Part shown: in pieces, positions 13,998 to 25,900 of the stretch
Position numbering within the stretch: position 1 is the stretch's first letter
Layout: each line of letters begins with the position of its first letter
Origin: Octopus vulgaris
Lineage: Eukaryota
NCBI GenBank assembly: GCA_951406725.2
Contig: OX597824.1
Span: forward strand, 47,244,001 to 47,308,000
Direction of reading: 5' to 3'
Length of the DNA: 64,000 nucleotides
Position numbers and translations under genes: made by a program
The notes under the pieces: model-generated
Seen by the model: only the letters and a program-made list of their open reading frames with translations
Databases searched by the model: none
Told to the model about the DNA's origin: nothing

Positions 13998-16900
13998 TAT
14001 AATCATAATCTCCCAACATCAATTTTAATGAAACACTTTTAGAAACTTTTTGAGGTTAAAAACCAATCAATAAATCAATGTTTTCATTAGTGCAGCATTT
14101 ACTGCATTTTTAATTTAGTCAACAGGATCAATGATGTTATTGGAAAGAACTTAGTCAGTAGCACGAGCCTAATCTACTTGGATGATAACGAAATGTAGAG
14201 TCAATTCTCACCTACATCTCACAAATATTTGTATTTTCTTTAGTCTTACTTCATACAGTTATTGAATATCTAGTGCTGTAAATTCTTCCTATTATCAGAA
14301 GAGGGGGATATCAGTCTCATGTTTATTTCAGACACTGTTTATTTTGGTGGGGGATGGGGAGGTCTAATAAATTTTAGCTATTGAATATTACAAGGTCACA
14401 TTAGTTTGAGTTTTGCTTTATTTTTGTTATTGATGAAAAACTTAAGTAAATTATATATAGAAATACACACACACAAGCCGTATATGCATACATAGATAAA
14501 AAGAGAAATATATGTGAATATGAACACAATAATATGTGTTCCAGTGAAAGCAGTTTAACACGTTAAACACTGGAGAAACATAAGGGAAAAAAATGTAGTA
14601 CATAAGTATAGATTTATCTATTTTGTAAATATTAATAATAATAACAACAACTACAGCAGCAACAACAACTTTAGTAAAAATGAATATCAAGTTATTTAAA
14701 ATTCTAGCTTCTCTAAATCCAATCAAAAATAAGTTATATAGTCAAAATTTTTTTTTCTTTTTCAGTGTTGTAAGTAGAGAAGATTAATATTAGAGATAAA
14801 AGTACAGGAAAACATTGAATGTGTGTTCTAAACATCAGAGCTGGTGTGAATAATGGCATTCACTAAAATTATGAAATCTAACCACTATGGAAAGTAGACA
14901 TAAATTGATGATGATTAAGACAATGTCTGCAAGAAAATGAAAATACAGTTAAAAAATAGAGGAGGTATATATAAGTTAGACAGGTATATTTCCATCTGAT
15001 TGCTCTATTAATATTTAGTTGTCAGGTCAAAAAAAAAAATTAGCAAAATACAAATGAAACAAAAAAATAAACAACCAACAAACAAACCAACAATAAAAAA
15101 ACTGCTCCCCAAAATGTTAGAAAAGAATAAGACTATCTTACCCAAACAAAGCTTTTATTTCAGCAGATCACCTGTGAAAAATTAATTGTATATCCCAAAA
15201 TTATTGCAGACACAGAACTAGCTCCATGTGTCTTTTTTAGAAAAAAAATCTTTGTGGAAAGTACTAAGTAGAAATAACAATGGAGACAAAACCTGGGTAT
15301 ATTACTGGTATATTGATGTATATTACTAGATATATTACTGGCCTATTTAACTATTGTATATTACAGGTACACATTACTGGGTATATTAGGGGTGAAGGAT
15401 CATATAAGGGATCTTATCCTTTGAAAGTAAGACAAGACCCTTTATATTTAGATCTACAGCTCCTATAAACCCTTCTGAATTTTAAAATCAGTCTCTTGAT
15501 TACTGATCTGAGTTAATCAATAATGATGAAAATAAACAGTTTTTTTTTTCTATCTTTCTAAAGAGTGAACAGAATAGAGTTAATTGTGTGCTGGAATAGG
15601 ATGAAGTTTCTTTAACTTTTACTCTCTAAAACGGATTTTAAGGGGTATGAAAAAAGAAAGAAATTATTATTGACAATCAACTCAAAATCACCCATGACTA
15701 AGCAGCCTTATGATCAAAGTTATGATCACTCCAGCTTTTATTTCAAACATAGTATACCTAGGACATTAGCAGATTGAGTAAGTCTTTAGCAGAGGTTAGA
15801 AACATTTTTAGCGTCAAGGGTATCATAAGAATCTGCAAGATTGAGTCTGTGCTGAGAAAATTAATGAAACTTTAATTTTACAAATCATAGGATTATAACT
15901 TCGATTAAATTACTGTTTTGGTTTTACAGCTCAAACTGTTATTTAATGGGATTTTAAAGACTTTGTCAATGGGTAACTTCAAATTTAATGCATGTGAAAT
16001 TTTTGATTAAATATTCAGGGCAAAGAGGAGTCTTTTCATGTCTAAACAGATTGATTGGATCTACAAAAGCAGCCTGCTCGCTCAATGAATTATCAAATTA
16101 ATAAATTGATTGAACAAAGACCCCCAGAGATACATTTTCTAATCCAAGATTAGGAAAGGATCAAGATTATAGTTTCTTTTGTAAATGTTATGAATATTTT
16201 GTTTTAGTAGCCACAAACCCAAGTTTTGTAGAAGAGAGAATGTAGACAATTCAATAAGTATCAGTAACACACCTCAGTATATTTACTGATACACTGGTTA
16301 CATTTTTATCAATTTCAGGTAGATGAAAAGCAAACTCAATTCAGAAAATATTTCAACTCAGAACATAAGGTGACTAAATAACATAATACATTACTGCAAA
16401 CTCACTGTCCACTTTATCTTAATATTAGTGCCAATACATGATGAAAAAAATTTCCACCCTCTAATGTGAGGATTTCATAATGAAATTTGACCCAAACAGA
16501 TACATCAAACATCTCAAATGTGTGTGTGTGTGTGTGTGTGTGTACGTACTGGATGTTGCTTTAATGAATAAATGAAGTAATTAGGAAAACATTACAAATG
16601 TTATTTCAAAATTTATCTAATTTATTAAGAACAACTACATTGATCTCAACAGATCAAAACCAAATACCGGACAAGATAAGAATAACAGTAAAAAGCATAG
16701 TGCATAAGAAATATGGAAGCACTTATAACATTACTGATCAAAACAAAATGCAGCAAGACACATAATGAAAAATTAAGACACATTTGAAATGAACAATGAA
16801 ACCAAATCATGATAATGTATAAAAATATATCAGTTCATATGAACAAGTTTCATATTCCAAAGATATAGAAGAAATCATATTTATGAAAATATGATAGAAT

Positions 16901-19900
16901 TCAGTATAATGTTTGTGGGGAAATTAACATGCAGCAGAAGATATTTCAAACATAATAAAACAAATTCTGTTTGTGAGAGAATTTGCTCCTGATAATAGTG
17001 CGTGTGTGAGTACACATGCATATCATTTATATACTTGTGAGAGTTTATAAGTTCATGCAGCATGGGATTGATTCATAGATGTCTAACTCTCTTCAAAACG
17101 TCAAAAACCATTCATCTTGAAGAAAAAACAATAAGGTTTATTCCAAGCATTCTAAAGTAAACAAACATGCTTAAAGTAACAATTCTGATTGGTTGAAACA
17201 GCCACCAACATACAGTCAAGTGACTTTTCTTACAAGCTTTCTATTATATTTATGTAACAGGGTCATGTGACCAATAAAATTCAATGTCTTAGCTGAGCTG
17301 ACTTTTTGAGAGAACACTAGATATTTTTGATCTAAAACTATTGACTAGTCATTAAATAATGACAAACATTGATTGGATGAAAACAGTGCGAAGGTATGTC
17401 ATCAAGATGTGTAAATGATGAAACATCTTTGTAATGGAGTCAGTGAATGGTGCTATAGGTTCAGTCAAGTATAGCCAACTGAAACAACTCAACATCATCA
17501 ACCCCCAACTCCAAATAGCACTAACAAACATAACACCAACTGTGAATTAGATATCAGAAGGGGAAAATAAACCCTAAAAACAATTGTGACAATCAACTAC
17601 AAAGCAGAAACTAGGTATTAAACAGCCAAGAAAGAGGGAAAACTGGGTTTCAAGCAACAACGAGTGAGGATAAACAAGATATCGAACACCCAAAAGAGAA
17701 GGTAAATTGAACATGAAACACCCAAAAGACAGGCTAAATTGGGTGTGAAGCAACCAAAAGAGAAGAGAAACTAAGTGTCAAAAACTCCTACCAAAAATAA
17801 AAGGGGTATCAAGTACTTAAAATCTGCGAGTTGAATTTGAATTTCATGATAGAACCAAAACCAGTCAGGCACAGTAGAAGATGAATTAAATGCAAAGCTT
17901 TTTTTTTATTTTTTATCAAATTTAGTTGTAAGCCTTTTGAGATGTTTTACTTGTTTTATTAAAATTTAATTTGACAAAAATACACTATATTCTGTCAAGC
18001 AGGATTAAACTTGACTGATTCTGCAGTCAGCAAGGAAAAAATAACCACTTATAGACTTACTTTCAGCACAGCAAACTGCAACAATAATGAACAGTAATAA
18101 GGACCAGAACAAATCTATGATATTTTCAATGACTTTCATCATACTTATTTTAGTATTTTTGTCAATTTTGCACTGAGATTTTATATCATTCAAATTTCAA
18201 ACAGCTGAAACAACATACATCTGTTTGTCTGTCTCTGTCCGTCTCTGTGTCTGTCCGTCTGTGTGTCTGTCCGTTTGTGTGTCTGTCCGTTTGTGTGTCT
18301 GTCCGTTTGTGTGTCTGTCCGTTTGTGTGTCTGTCCGTTTGTGTGTCTGTCCGTTTGTGTGTCTGTCCGTTTGTGTGTCTGTCCGTTTGTGTGTCTGTCC
18401 GTCTGTGTGTCTGTCAGTTTGTCTGTCCGTTTGTGTGTCTGTCTGTGTTTGTCTGCGTCTATCTATCTGTCTGTCTGTCTGTCTGTCTGTCTGTGTGTGT
18501 GTGTGTGTAGGCGCAGGAGTGGGTGTGTAGTAAGTAGCTTGCTTACCAATCACATGGTTCCGGGTTCATTCCTATTGCATAGCACCTTGGGCAAGTGTCT
18601 TCTATTATAGCCTCAGGCAGACCAAAGCCTTGTGAGTGGATTTGGTAGATGGAAACTGAAAGAAGCCTATCGTATATATGTATATATATGTATGTATGTG
18701 TGTGTGTATATGTTTGTGTGTGTGTTTGTCCCCCCAACATCGCTTGACAACTGATGCTGGTGTGTTTATGTCCCCGTAATTCAGCAGTTTGGCAAAAGAG
18801 ACTAATAGAATAAGTACTAGGCTTCCAAAGAATAAGTCCTGAGTCGATTTGCTCGACTAAAGGCAGTGCTCCAGCATGGCCGCAGTCAAATGACTGAAAC
18901 GAGTAAAAGAGAATAAAAGAGATATATACACACACAAACAGACTGATGCCTTGTTCTCAAACCAGTCGACTACCACTCATTTAAAACACATGAAATGTAT
19001 CATATGGAAAATGCAACAGAAAGGATAACTGTGAAATTAATATGGGGAGTGGAATAGCTAAGGTTTCTCATATACCTTCTTCCGGGTTCCTCATTACTAG
19101 CACCTAGTTCCTCAAACAGAAACTAAAATTCTGCTTTATTTTTATTTGCCTTTTATCAACTTTACCCTGATAGAAGAGAATTAAAAGAAGGGTTTGTTCA
19201 AAATGTTGGATATTCCACTCCCCACAGTAATTTCACTATACTGTCAATTTTTCTAAGTAATACAAGTCTTGCAAATGTTGACCACCATCCTCATATTCTG
19301 CTTTGACTGCTAAATCAAACATCATAGACAACAAATATGAAGAACAGAAACAAAACACAGTCTAGCTAATAAAAAACACTTAGGTAAACATCAGGCAAAG
19401 ATCTAAGGTATTCTAGTGGAGCATATGATAAGAGGAAGAGCCAAAATAAAATACAATAACTGGAAAAAATTATGAAAAAGGCTCAAAAAAGAAAAAAAAA
19501 CCCAGCAACATTATCTAATTAATTAGATTTAAAACACTTCATAAAATACATAATATTTGTATATTATTAATTAGATATCATAATACCCAATAATGCTAAA
19601 GCTTCTAGAAGCTGTTACCTACAAAAGAATGACAGAGTATTAGTGTGAGACATGACTGAAGAGCTATACATTTTTACAATAAGTCCAAGACTTGGTCCTT
19701 AATTAAACTGCTAAACCATAAGATGTGTAGTCTCATAATATCTAGTTTTGGGATGTTGACAACTTATGCCAGAATATGGATGCTAAATGATGATGATGAT
19801 GATACAGTTCATATGAAGATAATTAACTTACCTTGATGGAATAAGCCAATTCAATTTGTTGGCGGATCCCAAGATATTCAGTAAGGCTGCCAACAATGAC

Positions 19901-22900
19901 TGCATACCTTTAAAAATGAATATTATAGACTTTAAACACATTGTATTTCTAAGATTTTACATTTTGTAGACTGTTAGATTTTACAGATTATGAGTTTCAT
20001 ATTTTGTATTTTTAACCACACATTTTGACAGGTTTATTCTTGATTAGATAAACTGGTATAAAAAAGAAAACAATACTTCAAAGAAACAAAACTTCTGAAA
20101 TAATAATTCATCAAAACGCATGCACACACACACACAGCCAACAGTGATATGAATTAGCTAAGGGTAAACAGCTTTTTTTCAACTTTATAATTACAAAATT
20201 CCAATAACTATGACAAATATGACCATTACTTGAATTACTACAACTTCCAGGACTACTGTCAGCTGTCTCTCTCTACAAACCCATCAGCCTACTATAAGCC
20301 CTTCCATCCATTTTCTAACATTTGCAATAGTGAAAGCAACCTGACTAGAACTAACTACAAATAAAATTCTGTATGGAGCAGATCAGAACTCAATATTCAG
20401 CAGTGAAGCAACCCATCAAGAACAATAATTCTGAATAAAAAATATCTGCACAAAGGAGATGCAGACTTCTTAATGGAAGGGACATGGATTCCGCAAGCCA
20501 CAACAAAGACAACCCATCTAAGACAGCAGTAATCTGAATAAAAATTGAACAATGTAAAAGGAATACTTTAGTACTGACAAAAAATTTCTCAAATGATGCT
20601 GGCATGATAAAATACATTCAGTCCAAGCTGTAAAGTGGCTAAAGATAGGAAGGGCATCCAGCCAATAAAACTCTGCTAAAATCATGATGGTCACTAATTG
20701 GGCACACAGGACTGACTCTTACTATGTTAGTTTGTGCACAGAATTGAGAACATTTGATCATGTGTGAATCTATTGAATGTTATCACAGCAACTCTCTTAC
20801 AGATGCAAAAATCTTTAAACAACCTAACCACTACTAGAAACTCATCTTCTCCTATCAGGACTGACACCATCAACATTGGCATGATGAAAGATAGATCTGA
20901 TTGTAGATATAAGGAGGAAGAAGTGAATAGATGAGTAACTGTATACAAAAAGTTTAATGGGGTGAGAACCTCTGCTAGATTTCTGACAGAATAATTAAGT
21001 TTAGACTATCTTAAGCAACTTAACAGCAATAGTTAACACCAGTCAAAGTGATCTTTTGCCAGTTCTTCACATTGTGTCTAAAGTACCTTGCACCATTTCA
21101 GCAGCATCTTCCTGAGTTGATCTCTGTATCTCTTCTGACATTCTTGTCATTTGCAGCACAAAATAAAAGAATTCAGTGGGAATTTGAGTGTTGAGCATGT
21201 ATCCATGGTGTCTTGCCCATCTTAGCTATACTTTGGATACTATCTTCAATAATGATGGTCTTTGCTCACAGTAGGATCTCATCAATGGTCACTCAATCCT
21301 AACACTTGCTCTTTGTTGGAAAGTTTCTATGCATTCTGTATATAACTTGGGTTTCACAGTAATAAATGAGAGTAGGTATCACAGCTGCTTTGTATACAGC
21401 CAGTTTGTTACTAATGAGGAGATCCTTATAGTCAAAAATCTGTTTAATAGAGAACAGTAACTTAAGTTCATTTTATATTGTATGTTCTTTATTTCTTTAT
21501 CTATAGAAGCACTAGACTGAAAGAAGATTACAAAGGCACTACTACCTGTCATCAACATCCCAATTTTAACATCCACTTTTCCATGCTCGCATAAGTCAGA
21601 CAAAATTCCTTGAGGCAAATTTTTCTATGGCCAGAAGCTCTTCCTGTAACCAACTCTCACCTGTTTCCAAGCAAGCTAATGTTTTTATGAGTTCTTCAAA
21701 CACAAACAGCCCAATAGTCAGGCATGTTTTCAAAGAAGAATGCAAATGAACAACACCATTGGTATTACAGTGATTAATGTGCAGTGTCAAGTCAAGAGAA
21801 TACATATACAGTGTTGGCCAAAAGTCACCTGACAGTAAATCAAAATTCTATAAATACTATCTGTAATTCTGTGTTGACTTGAATGGAAAAATGTGTCACT
21901 CAAGAAGGACTTCAGTTTGATCAATTTTCATGATGAGTTTAGATGCTTTTATAAAATTCATTCAGTTGTTAAACATAAATAAATCTTGGAATTAAATGGT
22001 TTTTATTTACTGTCAGGTGACTTTTGGCCAACCCTGTACATACATGCATATGAAAAGAAGATGGAGATAAAAAGTCAAAATGTTGAAGACAACTGAGAGT
22101 TTCTGCTGAGAACTACAAACTAGATATATCTAGATGGAAGCAAGGTTTCAACTACACAGAAGGTGTTATGCTGGTGAAATGATCCAGAGCTAAAAGTCAG
22201 GCTTGAAGAAATTGTAAGAAAGAGGAAGCAAAGAACAATATCCAGTAACTAGAGGAGAAGTTAGACACCAAGTATATATAGCAAAGTGAGAAACTGAAAA
22301 TAAGAGGAGTGTCAATGTTTTATGACATAAGGATCAGAATTATGAGGTGTTCAGGATCACAAAGCAATATCAATCAAGACATCATTGAGGCAAGGTGTAT
22401 ATAGAGCAACAGCAATACACTTGCCTTCAATGACATCAAGAAGAGACATGGAAATGTTACTTGGTGAAGTTGCTATATGAGGAGAATGAATAGAGGAGAC
22501 AAAGAAAGTCTACAGCAAAAAGACTCAACAGAGAAACAATCTATTGAAGCTGACAGTCAGTAACAGGGTTAGGGATATGAAGGTAGGAAGAGCAGCTAGA
22601 CTTTCAAGGAAAGGATAAAAATATCCAGCAAAGTAGGACAGGTGCTAGTCACAAGAAATGTCAATCAGGTAATAGAGAAGGTTGACATGCCCAATGACTG
22701 GCACAATAGTATAATCATCAACTGCTACAAGGACGAAGATGTTCTAGAAATACGCAACTACTGAGGACAGACAGTATGATGCTTGAGTAATGAAGTGCAT
22801 GGTAGTGAAACATGAGCACTGAATGTGGATGTGTACTGGCTGAAAAGAAATGAAGCTAGCATTTTTTTTTTCTTGAATTTGTAAAGTTTTCAGTGAATAA

Positions 22901-25900
22901 ATATGTTTGCTGTTTTCCATCAGTAACATCTTGCTTACTCACAATCTACCTCAATGACCTCATATATCTACCACAACCCCTACCCCAAGCCTTTGCTATA
23001 TTTCTTGCCAACATTTGCTACAATCACCTCATCCTGCCAACTCACCCAGTTCAAGTCTCTGTATCATGTCACCTATTCTCACCACTGCCAATGTTACTCT
23101 CTCTTTCTTTTCCAACCACAATATCCATGTATCTACAGCAAGACACCTATCTCTGTCCCTCTATACCTTTAATCTTTTAACTGGCACAAAGCCACATACT
23201 ATCAATACTACACCCTTCTCCCAGTTGAGGAGGTTTTGTCTTGCAAGGTACTTGGTGACCTGTTGGTGTGGATGCCATTGGTGCTGTTGCCATGTAAAAA
23301 GCACTGGTTCTGGTACCATGTAAAAAGCACCCAGTACACTCTCTAAAGTGGTTGGCATTAGGAAGGGTATGTAGCTGTAGAAACCATGTCAGAACAGACA
23401 ATCGAACCTAGTGCAGCTCCCAGCCTTGCCAGCTCCTTTCAAACCAGGCAACTCATGCCAGCATGGAAAACAGACATTAAATGATGATGAATGACAGCAC
23501 ATATGAGCTGAGAAAAGGGCATTAAGCATTAAGCACAAGAGGATGTAGAATGCAAAAGAGAAGACTACACAGTCAAGAACATGTGATGCATATGGCGGAT
23601 AGCAATTGTGTAAGAAAAAATGTCAATTGATGCAAATGGAAGAGGTGGAAGGAAGACATGAAAAGAAATGGTGAAGGGTGATTTCAGGAGGTTAAATCTC
23701 ATGAAGACTGTAATTAACAACAAAATGCTATACTGAGGAAAACCTGACCAACCATTGCAATCACAGAAAAGTGGCCATATAATGATAATGATATGTAGCA
23801 ACCAACCTACCAAGCTATCAGTATATACAGATTTTAAAAGGTTAACTTATTGACTACCAGATTTATAGCTAAAATAGGTCTAAGCTATGGTTATTTACAC
23901 TACCTATCAGAAGCCATAGACATGAAATGATTAATAAGCATAGCTGATATTTACCATTTGTGAGCACTGGATGAGTTTACGTTCAATGCAAGGGAGGCAT
24001 TAGCTAAATCTCTGGCCACAAGGAGAAGATCTTTCTTTTCCTCACTTTGGGGTTTGTGAGTTTCAGCCATTTGAAAAGTTGATTTTGATAGGCGCCAATG
24101 GAAATCAATATTGCCCTCATACTGCAAAAGAATAAGCACAATTGAATTGAAACAGGTTAGATTTAACTCAACTTTGTAAAAGAGGAGTTATATTTTAACA
24201 AAGAGAAATAAAAATTAAAAATATTGAAATTCGTTTTTAACAGTTTTTAAAAATATTGAATTCATTTTTAACAGTTGAAACTTGAAGTAGTTAAGGCTGT
24301 AAATAATAGCATTATGAGTGGGTTAAAAAACATTTGAATAGAAAAAGCTGAAGACTGTCAAGATTCATGTCCCACGGCCAGTCTTCAATCCAAAGGAGTT
24401 TTTAACCCAATATTTACAAGCTATTATTTATAGCTTTATTTATTTATTTCATGTTTCAAATGTTAAAAATGAATTACTTCTTTCAAAAATTTCTAAATTG
24501 TATTAATGTAAAGAAAATTATTATTTCAGTTTTAACTATAAATAAAAAGAAATCTACCACTGTCTTATTCATTACACTAACCCTTTCAATACCAACTCAC
24601 ATGAGATTGTCCCTGGTTCAGTGATACAAATTCACATTAAATTATCTAAATTAAATCCTTCAACCAAAATTTCATGTTAATATATGTTCCTAAAGGCAGC
24701 GGGCTGGCAGAATTGTCAACACACCAAGAAAAATGCTTAGCAGCATTTTGTCCATCTTTACATTCTGACTTCAAATTACACCAAGTTCAACTTTGCCTTT
24801 CAATCCTTTCAGGGTTGATAAAATAAGTAGCAGTTGAGCACTGGGGTTGATGTAATTGACCCACCCACCCTGAACTTGCTGGCCTTGTGTCAAAATTTGA
24901 AACCAATTCCAAACACAAGCTTAATAATGACAAAATATTACTAAATTCTTCATTCTTTTCAAATTTAATTGAAGGCAGCATATTTCTACAGAAACAGTGT
25001 AACAAAAGGGTTAAAATATTTAGATTAAAAAAAAACTGATATGTAGCAAACACTATAGACAAGTAATAAACTCTAAGCTGTGTTTGTGAGTGTTGATTCC
25101 TAGTTAAAAGTATTTCCTCACCATTTACACTGCTGCTAATGTTTTTGAAAAAAAATATGAGTTATTTGTTCCTTCCTTAAGTCTTAAGTTTCTCTTCTCT
25201 AGATGAAGAAGATGACAGAAAACAAAATCAGCATACTGCTACAACTTGGAAACAAGCATGTAAATTTTGAAAAGAAAGATGCTTGATGTAATCTCTTTAC
25301 TATTGGCACCAGGCTTTATTCCACTCAAACAGTAGAATCTGAGCCTTTTTCATCAAGAGATCTTCCTTAATAAAAGAGAAAAAAAAACTAGGGCAAATTT
25401 CAGTACTAAACCAAGCTCTCCTCAGCCCAACACTATTCACTCTACTTAAGCTAGCATGTAATGTTGATTAACAGCACTGATATGTAGCATCTTCTCATCT
25501 CCCTTCTATTATTTGTGTTTGAGAGATTTCAGATGTATCTTGGATGCAGATACATCATAGTTCCTTTACTTTACTCTCTCAAATAAAATACAGTCTGTCT
25601 GTCTGTCTGAAATGCTCTCTGGCCAAGCAACAGTTACTTGTTTATGCTTCCTAGAACAGTCAACATTACAGATGGATAGATTCCTTTAGTGGAAGTGGAA
25701 CATATTTTTAACCAGAATGCTGAAGGTACCTCCCAACTAAAACTGAAAGTACAAAGTTTAGAGACATCAGTAATAATTGCAAAAATCATTACTGTTTAAA
25801 ATAAATTTTGTTAATCAAATAGTCTGAAATCAACTTCCAAATTTAAAATATAAAAATTATTCAAGAATTCATTTGATGATATTGATCTAAAAATATAGTG

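Noticed and set aside
18197-18610. Overlapping 87-118 aa repetitive ORFs (CVCLSV, TDRQTD)
   Set aside because: They are translations of a 16-bp minisatellite plus a SINE head.
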